From assembly GCA_964544115.1 (NCBI GenBank), contig CAZJBP010000001.1:1-60705 (forward strand): a stretch of 60,705 bases of DNA, given 5' to 3'. Made by a program: the position numbers and the translations under genes. The notes beneath the pieces were generated by a model that searched no databases, was not told where the DNA came from, and was given only the letters and a program-made list of their open reading frames with translations. Of this stretch, positions 35,249-44,265 are shown piece after piece (position 1 is the first letter of the stretch; the number at the start of each line of letters is the position of its first letter). Origin of the DNA: an uncultured Victivallales bacterium (GTDB taxonomy: Bacteria; Verrucomicrobiota; Kiritimatiellia; UBA8416; JADHWI01).

Positions 35249-38008
35249 TCAGATCCCGGCGGGGGCCGCCACTGCGGCGGGGGCGGCCGCCGCGTCGAGG
35301 TCCGGCTCGCCTTCGGCTGCCTCTTCCACCGCGTACCGGCCCTTCTGCCGGGCGATCAGTTCGCCGTAGCGCTTCGACTTGTTCCAGTTCTGAATCTTGC
35401 TGAAGTAGCCGACGACGCGGGTCTCGCCCACGACGTTGTCCGACCCGCACCGCTCGCAGACCTCGCGCAGGCCGCGCATGGTCGCATCGCACCGGTTGCA
35501 GTACGTGAACTCCGGCGAGACGGTCACCTGGGCCGACTGCGTGCGGTAGAACGTTTCCCGCATCAGCCGCGCGATGGACTCCGGCGCCGGCCGCTCCTCG
35601 CCCACGAACGCGTGCGTGATGGCGCCGGACTCGATCATGCTGTGGAACTTGGCCTGCTCGCGGATGCGCTCCACCAGCGACACGTCCGCCTCGGCCGCCA
35701 GGTGCACGGAGTTGGTGTAGTAGGCCGTGTCCTCGTCCGGCCCCTTGACCACGCGCAGGGCCTCGTTGCGGAAGTAGATCAGGTCGGTCTTGGCCAGGCG
35801 CCGGGCCGCGCTCTCGGCGGGGGACTCCTCGAGCGTGAACTTCAGGCCGTACTTCTTTGACAGCCGGCGCGTCTGCTGGAACATGTGCGCGACAATCTGC
35901 AGCCCCAGGCGCATGGCCCCGCGGCTGTCGTGCAGCTCCTGATCAATGAGGAACTTCACCGCGTCGTTCAGCCCGATCAGGCCGATGATGTAGGTGCAGG
36001 TGTCGAGGTTGACGTACGGCTTGCCGTCGCAGGACGGCTTGCCGATCTGCCACAGCGGGTGGCCGGGGCCGGAGATCATCTCCGCGCTCTTGGCCTTCTT
36101 CTGCAGGTGCGCCTGCGCGGCCAGCTCCATCGTCTTCTCCAGCTCGTCGAGGAAGGCGCGCAGGATGCCGTCGCCGCCTCGGCGCTTCGCGCGGTACGCC
36201 GCCTGCGGGATGTTGATCGTCACGTTCTGGAACCCGCAGAAGCGCATGCTTTCCGGGTGGCGCAGCATGCGGTGGTCCTCGATCGTCGTGCGCAGGCGGC
36301 AGCAGGCCGAGAGGGTGACCTCGTCGCGGTCAAAGATGAAGTACGTCGCCCCGTTGCGGCTGGCCAGCGCGCACGCCTCCAGGTACAGCTCGTGCTGCAC
36401 CGGGTCGTCGAACGTCTCCTGGCTCACGTGGAAGTCGCACTTGGGGAACTCGAAGACGCGGCCGTTGCGGTCGCCCTCGCCGAACACCTGGAGCAGCGCC
36501 CGGCAGAAGCCGCGCGCCTCGGCCTCGTAATCGCCGTAGGTCACGATGGCCTGGCCGCGCGACCGCAGCTCCTCGGCCACCTGCGCGTCGTAGGCCACGC
36601 TCTTCTCCCCGGTCATGACCTCGCGCAGCACGAGCACCCGCCGCCCCTGCGGATCGGTCCAGTAGAGGTCCATCATCGGGTAGCCGCTGGGATCCCGCTC
36701 GTCGCGCAGGGCCTCTTCCAGCCCGACCTTCTCCCCCGTGCTCAGCCGCAGCATGTAGCGGCCGCCGGGGCCGATCGCCGGCACCGTGCGCAGGTACTTC
36801 GGCACGCCGGTGTGCACGTTGAAGTCCAGGAAGAGCGACTGCCCGCCGCGCGAGAACGCGTTCTGCGCGCCGTTGAACACCAGCTCCTGCGCGGTCTGCT
36901 TCATCTGCGCCGGGGTCATCCCCTCCAGCAGCGGGGCGTAAATGATGTTGATGTAGGCCAGCCCCAGCGCGCCGGCGTAGTTGGACTGCATCGAGGCGAG
37001 GAACGTGTTCAGGTGCCCGGTCAGCACCGAGGCCGTGCGCGCCGGCTTGGACTCGTTGTTGAGGTTCACCAGCCCGCGCAGGCCGTACTTCTTGACATAT
37101 TCGATCGAGTGCGACGAGCAGTACACGCGGTGCGGGTAACCCAGGTCGTGTAGGTGCACCGCCCCGGTGTTGTGGGCGTGCTTGACCTCGGCGCTGAAGA
37201 TCGTGTCGAGCGCCCACTGCTTCAGCACCAGCTCGGCGATGCCCAGGTTCACCGCCTCGGAGTTGTTGTTGACGATGTTGCTGTTCTCGGTGGACTTGGT
37301 GAACATGAGCTGCTGCACGAAGTCCTTCGACACGCCGTAGACGGACAGGTCGCGCAGCTGGGCCTTGAGGCCGCGCTGCATAAGCTCGTTGTTGACCAGC
37401 TCGCGGATCAGCGTCGTGCTGACCGTGCTGATCTCGGTGGCGATGATCCAGTTCTCCACCGCCTTGGCCACGTCGGTGGCCGTTTCCGAGCTCAGCCCCG
37501 TGCGCGCCATGATGTGGGCGGCAATGCGGTTGCGGTCCCACGGCTGCGTGATGTCGCCCGTGGACTCCACCAGCAGCAGGCTGGCGTCGGTGACGTCCGC
37601 CGAGGCCCGCTCCGACTCGCCGCGCACGCGGATACGCTGGCGCGCCACCTCGCGCTGCTTGCGGTAGCGCTTGTAGGCCGCCACCACCAGCGTTTCCCCG
37701 TTCTCGGCCAGCACGATCTCGACCAGGTCCTGCACGTCCTCGATGCTCGGCACGCGGCGCCCGTCCGCGTCGGGATACACGTAGTACTCGCTGCCCGGAC
37801 GGTTCAGCTGCTCGATCACCTGCCGCGTGACATGCGCGGCCAGCTGGCGGCCCGGGTGATGCTGCGTCTTGCGGGCCACGGCATCCACCGCGTGCTGGAT
37901 GGCGGATTCGATCTTCTCCGGGCGGAACGGCACGATGACGCCGGAACGCTTGCGAAAGCCCTGAAAGACGGGGGATTCAACGGCAGACCTATTGAGGGGA
38001 TCCGACAT
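35249..38008 (-). CDS. nrdD: Anaerobic (class III) ribonucleoside-triphosphate reductase with an N-terminal ATP-cone
   Basis: In-frame ATG at 38008 (MSDPLNR...). ATP-cone: VIVPFRPEKIESAIQHAV. C-terminal Zn site CNRCDA...CERCGS and glycyl-radical motif TRVVGYFS. Confidence 0.9.
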   Translation of the reverse strand: MSDPLNRSAVESPVFQGFRKRSGVIVPFRPEKIESAIQHAVDAVARKTQHHPGRQLAAHVTRQVIEQLNRPGSEYYVYPDADGRRVPSIEDVQDLVEIVLAENGETLVVAAYKRYRKQREVARQRIRVRGESERASADVTDASLLLVESTGDITQPWDRNRIAAHIMARTGLSSETATDVAKAVENWIIATEISTVSTTLIRELVNNELMQRGLKAQLRDLSVYGVSKDFVQQLMFTKSTENSNIVNNNSEAVNLGIAELVLKQWALDTIFSAEVKHAHNTGAVHLHDLGYPHRVYCSSHSIEYVKKYGLRGLVNLNNESKPARTASVLTGHLNTFLASMQSNYAGALGLAYINIIYAPLLEGMTPAQMKQTAQELVFNGAQNAFSRGGQSLFLDFNVHTGVPKYLRTVPAIGPGGRYMLRLSTGEKVGLEEALRDERDPSGYPMMDLYWTDPQGRRVLVLREVMTGEKSVAYDAQVAEELRSRGQAIVTYGDYEAEARGFCRALLQVFGEGDRNGRVFEFPKCDFHVSQETFDDPVQHELYLEACALASRNGATYFIFDRDEVTLSACCRLRTTIEDHRMLRHPESMRFCGFQNVTINIPQAAYRAKRRGGDGILRAFLDELEKTMELAAQAHLQKKAKSAEMISGPGHPLWQIGKPSCDGKPYVNLDTCTYIIGLIGLNDAVKFLIDQELHDSRGAMRLGLQIVAHMFQQTRRLSKKYGLKFTLEESPAESAARRLAKTDLIYFRNEALRVVKGPDEDTAYYTNSVHLAAEADVSLVERIREQAKFHSMIESGAITHAFVGEERPAPESIARLMRETFYRTQSAQVTVSPEFTYCNRCDATMRGLREVCERCGSDNVVGETRVVGYFSKIQNWNKSKRYGELIARQKGRYAVEEAAEGEPDLDAAAAPAAVAAPAGI

Positions 38009-38194
38009 GGGGACGCCTCCTGCGCGGGCCGCGCCCACTTGCGGCCGGAAACGGGCTCGAACTCCTGTTCGGGAACCGTCGCCGGGGCATGCAGACACCA
38101 CCTCGACCCGCAGCAAAACGATCGCGAGTTAAGATCAGGTTAGGCCGCTTGTCAACCTCTTCATCGCACCTGTGGTGTGTTAAAGTTTTGACAG

Positions 38195-38247
38195 GCCCAA
38201 TATATTGTGGATGTGCCAGGAGTTCACAGCATCGCAAACTATTGTTT
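38195..38247. promoter_or_regulatory. Candidate NrdR box(es) upstream of nrdD
   Basis: 38195-38210 GCCCAATATATTGTGG matches the acaCwAtATaTwGtgt consensus at 13/16 positions, with a perfect 10-bp palindrome CAATATATTG at 38198-38207. Weaker second site TCGCAAACTATTGTTT at 38232-38247 (11/16); the 37-bp spacing is atypical. Confidence 0.3.
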
Positions 38248-38423
38248 TCCATGGGGTTGGGAGGTGCATGCCGGAAACGAAGGCGCACCTGCGGTTCAGC
38301 GCACAAACGGTTCAGGCCCTGGCGAGCGCCCCCAGGGCGTTGCCCTGGGCTTCATGATGTCGGACGAAGACCTTGTTTCGTTACTCGCCTGGATGTATCT
38401 TCTTTGTAGACACAAAGGAGATC

Positions 38424-38666
38424 ATGCAAACGACGATTCGGAAGTGGGGCAACAGTTTGGCGGTGCGTATCCCAAAGGCATTCGTGAAAGAGGCACATGT
38501 GGCCTGCGGAACGCCCGTTGAGCTTTCCGTTGATGACGGAAAGATCGTGATCGATCCACGCACGGAGCCTGAGTACAGGCTTCAGGATCTCCTGAAGGGC
38601 GTTACCAAGCGGAACCTTCATGCGGAAGTCGATACCGGCGAGGCCGTCGGACGGGAGGTGTGGTGA
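38424..38666 (+). CDS. mazE: MazE/AbrB-fold antitoxin
   Basis: MQTTIRKWGNSLAVRIPKAFVKEA is the SpoVT/AbrB swapped-hairpin motif. AAAGGAG lies 4 nt upstream of the ATG at 38424. Confidence 0.8.
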   Translation: MQTTIRKWGNSLAVRIPKAFVKEAHVACGTPVELSVDDGKIVIDPRTEPEYRLQDLLKGVTKRNLHAEVDTGEAVGREVW

Positions 38667-39004
38667 TGGCCCCGTACTGCCCGAAGCGGGGAGACGTGGT
38701 CTGGATGTCGTTCCATCCGCAGGCTGGACATGAGCAGGCCGGCCGCCGGCCTGCGCTCGTTCTCTCGCCTGAGCCGTACAACCGCAAGGTGGGGTTGGCG
38801 CTCCTTTGCCCCATCACCAATCAGGTCAAGGGCTACCCGTTCGAGGTCGTCGTGCCAGATGGTCTCAAGGCGGCCGGCGCCGTTCTGTCTGATCAGGTGA
38901 AGAGCATGGATTGGAAGGCACGCGGGGCAGCGTTCCTCTGTTCCCTTCCGGAATCCACGGTGCAGCAGGTGCTGAACAAGGTCGGCACGCTGCTGGATGC
39001 GTGA
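38660..39004 (+). CDS. mazF: MazF/PemK endoribonuclease toxin
   Basis: PKRGDVVWMSFHPQAGHEQAGRRPALVLSP...LALLCPITNQVKGYPFEV is the canonical MazF core; overlaps mazE. Confidence 0.85.
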   Translation: MVMAPYCPKRGDVVWMSFHPQAGHEQAGRRPALVLSPEPYNRKVGLALLCPITNQVKGYPFEVVVPDGLKAAGAVLSDQVKSMDWKARGAAFLCSLPESTVQQVLNKVGTLLDA

Positions 39005-39146
39005 ACAGCGGGGATAGGGACAGGCAAAGGACCCCAAACCAGTTTGTGCTTGCGTTGGAAGGCCGGGCGTAGGATAGGCAGCCGGTCGGGCGGCGCGGCG
39101 GGCGCGCGGCCCCTCAGCACGAACACCGAACAACGAGCGGCACAGC

Positions 39147-40031
39147 ATGAGTGCGAAGATCATCGACGGCAAAGAGGTCGCGGCTCAGATCCGCGAGGAA
39201 CTCAAGGCGGACATCCAGCGGCTCAAGGCGCGCGGCGTGACGCCGGGGCTGGGGGTGATCCTCGTCGGCGACGATCCGGCTTCGCGGTCGTACGTCACCG
39301 CCAAGGAGACGGCCTGCCACGAGATTGGCATCTATTCGGACGACAACCGCCTTCCCGCCACCGCGTCGCAGGAGGACCTGCTGGCGAAGGTCCGGCAGAT
39401 GAACGCGGACCCGCGCATCCACGGCATCCTCGTCCAGCTGCCGCTGCCGAAGCACATCAACGAGAGCGCGGTGATCGCGGCGATTGCCCCGGAGAAGGAC
39501 GTCGACGGCTTCACCCCGATCAACGTCGGGCGCATGGTGATCGGGGAGCGGTGCTTCCTGCCGTGCACGCCGCACGGCGTGGTCCAGCTGCTGGCGCGTA
39601 GCGGCGTGAAGATCGACGGCGCGCACGTGGTGGTCGTCGGACGCAGCAACATCGTCGGCAAGCCCGTGGCCAACATGCTGCTGCAGAAGCGGCCCAACGC
39701 CAATGCCACGGTGACCCTCTGCCACACCGGCACGCGCGACGTGGGGTCCTTCACGCGGCAGGCCGACATCCTGATCGTGGCGGCCGGCCGCCCCAACACC
39801 CTGACGGCGGACATGGTGAAGCCCGGCGCGGCGGTCATCGACGTGGGTGTCAACCGCGTGCCGGACGCCTCGAAGAAGCAGGGCTTCCGGCTCGTCGGCG
39901 ACGTGGATTTCGAGGGCGTCAAGGAGGTGGCCTCGCTGATCACGCCCGTGCCGGGCGGCGTGGGGCCGATGACGATCACGATGCTGATGTACAACACCGT
40001 CGAATCCGCGCGACTGCACGCGGGGGGCTAG
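39147..40031 (+). CDS. folD: Bifunctional methylenetetrahydrofolate dehydrogenase/cyclohydrolase
   Basis: [72 protein letters not shown]. Confidence 0.95.
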   Translation: MSAKIIDGKEVAAQIREELKADIQRLKARGVTPGLGVILVGDDPASRSYVTAKETACHEIGIYSDDNRLPATASQEDLLAKVRQMNADPRIHGILVQLPLPKHINESAVIAAIAPEKDVDGFTPINVGRMVIGERCFLPCTPHGVVQLLARSGVKIDGAHVVVVGRSNIVGKPVANMLLQKRPNANATVTLCHTGTRDVGSFTRQADILIVAAGRPNTLTADMVKPGAAVIDVGVNRVPDASKKQGFRLVGDVDFEGVKEVASLITPVPGGVGPMTITMLMYNTVESARLHAGG

Positions 40032-40033
40032 CC

Positions 40034-40405
40034 ATGAGCGCAAACGACGAACTGGCGAAGGTGGTGGCCGGCCGCGGGATCGACCGCATCCGGCGGCATA
40101 TCTTCCTGTGCTGTGACCAGACCGAGCCGAATTGCTGCTCGAAGGAGGCCGGGCTGAAGTCATGGGACTTCCTCAAGCGCCGGCTGGAGGAGCTGAAGCT
40201 GACGGGCAGCGGCGGCGTCTACCGGACGAAGGCGAACTGCCTTAGGGTCTGCCAGCAGGGACCCATCGCCGTGGTCTACCCCGAGGGGGTCTGGTACCGG
40301 GGCTGCACGCCCGAGGTGCTGGAGACGATCATCCAGAGCCACCTCATCGGCGGCGTGCCGGCGGCCGAGCACATGTTCCACCGCCGCGCAGCGGCGACAG
40401 AATGA
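40034..40405 (+). CDS. Thioredoxin-like [2Fe-2S] ferredoxin
   Basis: [20 protein letters not shown]...[20 protein letters not shown] shows the Cys pattern and motif of (2Fe-2S) ferredoxin-domain proteins. Starts 2 nt after the folD stop. Confidence 0.7.
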   Translation: MSANDELAKVVAGRGIDRIRRHIFLCCDQTEPNCCSKEAGLKSWDFLKRRLEELKLTGSGGVYRTKANCLRVCQQGPIAVVYPEGVWYRGCTPEVLETIIQSHLIGGVPAAEHMFHRRAAATE

Positions 40406-40495
40406 ACGGTTATGTGTACGGCGTCGGTCACGAGGGTTCGTGATTCAGTCTTCCTGAACCCTGAATCCTGAACCCCATCTTCCCGGGAACTTGCC

Positions 40496-41014
40496 ATGCT
40501 CCGGTCCAGCGTCAGCCACCTGCCCCGTCACAAGCAGTCCCTGCTTCTGGCGGCGCTGTTCATCGGGTCGGTGCTGGCCTACCTGATCCTGTCCCGCTGG
40601 GTGTTCCTGTACTGCGAGGTCGAGGGCGACAGCATGCGGCCGGCGCTGGAAAACGGCGATCGCCGGCTGGCGCACCGCTGGCTCTACCTCCTGCACGAGC
40701 CGCAGCGCGGCGACGTCGTGGCGCTCCGGGTTCCGGGCTACGCGGACCTGTCGGTCAAGCGCATCATCGCCCTGCCGGGCGAGACCGTCTCCTTCGAGGC
40801 CGGACACATCTTCATCGACGGCCGCGAGCTGCACGAGGCGTACCTCTCGCGCCGCCTGGAGACCGTGGGCGGTGTGCTGTCGAACCACACCTACCAGGTG
40901 GCGGCCGGTTGCTACTTCGTGCTGGGCGACAACCGCGAGGTCAGCGCGGACAGCCGCCATTTCGGCGCCGTTCCGCGCGAGAACCTGCTGGGCCGGATCC
41001 TTTCGACGGACTGA
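40496..41014 (+). CDS. lepB: Signal peptidase I
   Basis: GDSMRPAL (catalytic Ser), VKRIIALPGE (Lys box), GDNREVSADSRHFG. Confidence 0.85.
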   Translation: MLRSSVSHLPRHKQSLLLAALFIGSVLAYLILSRWVFLYCEVEGDSMRPALENGDRRLAHRWLYLLHEPQRGDVVALRVPGYADLSVKRIIALPGETVSFEAGHIFIDGRELHEAYLSRRLETVGGVLSNHTYQVAAGCYFVLGDNREVSADSRHFGAVPRENLLGRILSTD

Positions 41015-41806
41015 TCACCAGCCGCCGTAGGCCTCGGCGCCCTTCGCGCCGACCTCGCCGACCGCATTTTCCGACAGCAGCTTGCCCTTCGCATCGACGA
41101 TCACGAGCCTGGGGATGCCGGATACCTGGTAATGCCTCATCAGATCCCCGCGCACCTTGCTGTCATAGGGAATCGCCACCCAGGGCATGTCCAACTCCTT
41201 CATGTAGGTGAACATCCCGTCCTCGTCCTTGTCGGCGCTGACGAACACGACCTGGAACGACTTGCCGCTCTTGGCGAGATCGTCGTAGACCTCGACCAGC
41301 TTCGGCGTGAAGGCCCGGCAGGGGGGGCACCAATGCGCTGAGAAGTAGATTCCGATCTTCTCCGCACCGCTGAGTTCGGTGGCGTCGAGGTTCTTCTTCC
41401 TCGCATTGGTCAGCTTGTCGCCGAACAGGTCAACCAGTTCCTTCGCCGGCGGCGGCTTGGCGGCCTCCGCGGCCGCGGCCGCTTTCCACGAGGGCTGTTT
41501 GCGCTGGGCGACGCCCGGCTTCTGAGCGCTGGCGGCGGCCAGCTCCTTCGCAGCCGCCTGGTCCTCGGGAATCAACTCCCCCAGGCCGATGGCGATCTTC
41601 TGGCCGCCGGTGGCGCGCAGTTGGACCGTGCCGTACTGCAGCTTCACGAACTCCGCGTCCACGCTCGTTCCGTTGTTGCTGTGCCAGGCGCGCAGCCCCG
41701 CAGGCGCCGCGTTTGTCGCGGGCTCCCCCAGGGCCGGCGCGCAGGCCGTCCCGAGCGCCATCCCGCCCGCCACTACTGCTCCGAGCCACCGCTTCCATGC
41801 GTTCAT
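41015..41806 (-). CDS. Secreted SHD1-domain plus thioredoxin-fold (nucleoredoxin/TlpA-like) protein
   Basis: Signal peptide. SHD1-like RAWHSNNGTSVDAEFVKLQYGTVQLRATGGQKIAIGLGELIPEDQ. Then YFSAHWCPPCRAFTPKLVEVY...VVFVSADKDE...SGIPRLVIVD. Confidence 0.7.
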   Translation of the reverse strand: MNAWKRWLGAVVAGGMALGTACAPALGEPATNAAPAGLRAWHSNNGTSVDAEFVKLQYGTVQLRATGGQKIAIGLGELIPEDQAAAKELAAASAQKPGVAQRKQPSWKAAAAAEAAKPPPAKELVDLFGDKLTNARKKNLDATELSGAEKIGIYFSAHWCPPCRAFTPKLVEVYDDLAKSGKSFQVVFVSADKDEDGMFTYMKELDMPWVAIPYDSKVRGDLMRHYQVSGIPRLVIVDAKGKLLSENAVGEVGAKGAEAYGGW

Positions 41807-41821
41807 GTCTGCCTCCCGTCG

Positions 41822-42397
41822 TCACCCCGCGGCCTGTCCGTGCCGCTCGCCGCACGCGAGTTCGATCGCGCCGCGGTCCACAACGGCGACATCATGCGCC
41901 ATCAGGGTCTCGCCATCGAACAGAAAATGACCCAGGAATGGCTGGCCGGCCAGCATCATCGGCACCCAGTGCACGTCGTCGGGCCACATGCGGCCGTAGG
42001 GAATGGCCGCGGTCGGCGCCCACAGGGGCACGGCCTCGTCGGTCTCGACGGGGGTCCCCTCGCAGCCCTCGGCCGTGAAGACGATCACGTCCAGCGACAG
42101 GCCGTCGGTGAACTGGAACTTCAGCCGCCCCGCGCCGTGCGCCGTCCGCACGTCGACCCCCACCTCCTCGCGCACCTCGCGGATCGCCGCCTCGCGCGCG
42201 GTCTCGCCGGGCTCCAGGCGCCCGCCGGGGCCGTTGATCTTGCCCCGGCCGAGGCCGCGCTTCTTGTGGATCAGCAGGATCTGCCCGTCGTGGACGACGA
42301 ACAGCAGCGTGGCGCGCTGCTGCGGCGCCCAGGCGGGGCTCTTCACATCTTCCAGCGTCCAGGGGCCGGCTGGGCCCGTATCGGCGGCGCGGTGCAT
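41822..42397 (-). CDS. NUDIX hydrolase (MutT-like)
   Basis: Nudix box [24 protein letters not shown]. Start ambiguous: 42397 or 42439. Confidence 0.75.
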   Translation of the reverse strand: MHRAADTGPAGPWTLEDVKSPAWAPQQRATLLFVVHDGQILLIHKKRGLGRGKINGPGGRLEPGETAREAAIREVREEVGVDVRTAHGAGRLKFQFTDGLSLDVIVFTAEGCEGTPVETDEAVPLWAPTAAIPYGRMWPDDVHWVPMMLAGQPFLGHFLFDGETLMAHDVAVVDRGAIELACGERHGQAAG

Positions 42398-42469
42398 GGC
42401 GGGAAAGATACGGAACGGGGTCGGCGGAGGAAACCACAAAGGCAGGACGTACCGAGCCTGCGCGGGCGG

Positions 42470-42907
42470 TCACGCAAACGGATTGCGGATCGTGAGCCGG
42501 TCGATCTTTCGGCCGTTGTCCAGATCCTCCGTCAACAGCCATCTGCACCCGGTTTCAATGGCGGCTGCGACGAGCAGCGCATCATACCACGAATACCCGG
42601 TCTCCTCGCGCACCAGCAGCGCCCGGTCGAACGTGGCCGCGCTTGGAGCGTGCTGGCAGAGCGGCGTCAGGACGCAGCGCAGGTACTCGCGCGCTTCCGT
42701 TGTCCCCATGGGTTGAGCGAACTTCCGCAGCGCTACATTCAGGAACTCCTGAACGACCTGCGTCCCGATGATTCCCCTCCGGGACTCCAGGGCATCACGC
42801 ACGAGTTTCCTGGCCAGAACCTGCTTGTCTGGGGATCCATGGTCGAACGAATAGACCAGGACGTTAGTGTCGAGGAAGAACAGCCCCTTGAGATCAGCGC
42901 CGTTCAT
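42470..42907 (-). CDS. PIN-domain toxin
   Basis: LFFLDTNVLVYSFD, VVQEFLNV, WYDALLVAAAIE and LLTEDL are PIN acidic residues. Start at MNGADL (42907). Confidence 0.8.
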   Translation of the reverse strand: MNGADLKGLFFLDTNVLVYSFDHGSPDKQVLARKLVRDALESRRGIIGTQVVQEFLNVALRKFAQPMGTTEAREYLRCVLTPLCQHAPSAATFDRALLVREETGYSWYDALLVAAAIETGCRWLLTEDLDNGRKIDRLTIRNPFA

Positions 42908-43115
42908 TGGCTTCCTCGCGCGAAAACTTCCGGCCCGCCGACACATGGGGCAGCCGACCCATCAGCGAATCGTAGGCGCTTGCCGCCGTAGGCTGCATGA
43001 CGTACGTGTTCAGCCACTGGCGGAACACGTCATTCAGAGTCTGGTGCTCCTCGGCGGCGCGTCGGCGCGCCTGCACAAGCAGCCCTTCGTCCACCGACAT
43101 CGTCACGTTCTTCAT
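42894..43115 (-). CDS. Small putative antitoxin (RHH-like) overlapping the PIN gene
   Basis: MKNVTMSVDEGLLVQARRRAAEEHQTLNDVFRQWL; 73 aa; 14-nt overlap with the downstream PIN start. Confidence 0.55.
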   Translation of the reverse strand: MKNVTMSVDEGLLVQARRRAAEEHQTLNDVFRQWLNTYVMQPTAASAYDSLMGRLPHVSAGRKFSREEANERR

Positions 43116-43207
43116 GCCGATAGTGTGCACGAATATCGTGTGCACGGCAATGACAAACAACAACACACCGAATGGCCATAAGCTACACTATTGGTTGCTG
43201 TTGCTGC

Positions 43208-44245
43208 CTACTCCGGCACCTCAACGGGTCGGCCGTCGGTCAGGCTCCCGGCGACGGCTTCGGTGAAGGCCATGTAGCGGACGCCGGTGGCGAAGGACGT
43301 GAGGGTGACCGGTCGGCCTTCGCGGATGGAGGCGACAAAGTCCTCCTCCACGCGCCATCCCGGCGCCTCTGCCGGCGGCGCGATGTCCCGCAGGGCCGTC
43401 TCCCCGCGCCGCCCGATGCTCAGACGGTTGTCATCCGCCGAAAAACGGAGGGTCCCTTCGCTGCCGTACAGCGTCAGCGTGTTCTCGCGCACGCCGCCCG
43501 CCACGTTGGAGATCAGCATGGACAGCAGCGCGCCGCCGGCCATCTCGGCGGAGATAACGAGGTGATCGGGGATGAGGACCGGCGAGCCCGCGCCGGTTTC
43601 GGGGTGTGTTCGCGTTGGCTGGCAGATGGAGCCGCGGGCGGCCACGCGCGTCGCCTCGCCGATCCAGCGCATCAGCGTTTCGTACCAGATGCCCAGGCTC
43701 ATGATATTCAGGCCGCTGAGCGTTGCGTCCTGCCGCCACGACATCGGGGCCTCACGGTCCAGGTACGCGCCGGAGAGAGCGCGCAGGTCGGCGGCGAGGA
43801 CGTTCCCGATGGCCCCCTCGGCCAGCAGGCGCCGCACCAGGCCGTCGAACGGGAGTGTGAACGGCGCCGGCACAAGCTGTGCGACGCGGTCAGGCCGCTG
43901 CCTCGCCGCCGCGTGCATGTCCAGCGCCTCGGCCAGGTTCATGGCCATGCGGGCCTCGCACAGGACGTGCTTGCCGGCGGCCAGCGCGGCCCGCGTGACC
44001 TCGGCGTGCAGGCACGGCCAGGTGCCGATGACGATCGCATCCGTATCCGCGGCGGCCACCAGATCCTGCCACCGGTCGTAGACCGTGGGGATGCCGAAGG
44101 CCTCGGCCACCCGCCCGGAGGACTCGCGGCTGCGGTTGCACACGCTGACCAGGCGCACCCCGGGAATGGCGGCCAGCCCGGGGATGTGGCGCAGGCGGGT
44201 GTTGGCTCCGGCTCCGACGAAACCGATGCGCAGGGCGTCGGCCAT
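43208..44245 (-). CDS. Gfo/Idh/MocA-family NAD(P)-dependent oxidoreductase
   Basis: Rossmann N-terminus LRIGFVGAGANTRLRHIPGL, and EARMAM. GGAGGAG lies 8 nt upstream of the ATG at 44245. Confidence 0.85.
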   Translation of the reverse strand: MADALRIGFVGAGANTRLRHIPGLAAIPGVRLVSVCNRSRESSGRVAEAFGIPTVYDRWQDLVAAADTDAIVIGTWPCLHAEVTRAALAAGKHVLCEARMAMNLAEALDMHAAARQRPDRVAQLVPAPFTLPFDGLVRRLLAEGAIGNVLAADLRALSGAYLDREAPMSWRQDATLSGLNIMSLGIWYETLMRWIGEATRVAARGSICQPTRTHPETGAGSPVLIPDHLVISAEMAGGALLSMLISNVAGGVRENTLTLYGSEGTLRFSADDNRLSIGRRGETALRDIAPPAEAPGWRVEEDFVASIREGRPVTLTSFATGVRYMAFTEAVAGSLTDGRPVEVPE

Positions 44246-44265
44246 GGGACTTTCTCCTCCGGCGT

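Noticed and set aside
38187-38192. TTGACA hexamer as the -35 element of the mazEF promoter.
   Set aside because: It lies about 230 nt upstream of the mazE ATG with no suitably spaced -10 element, so it is probably coincidental.
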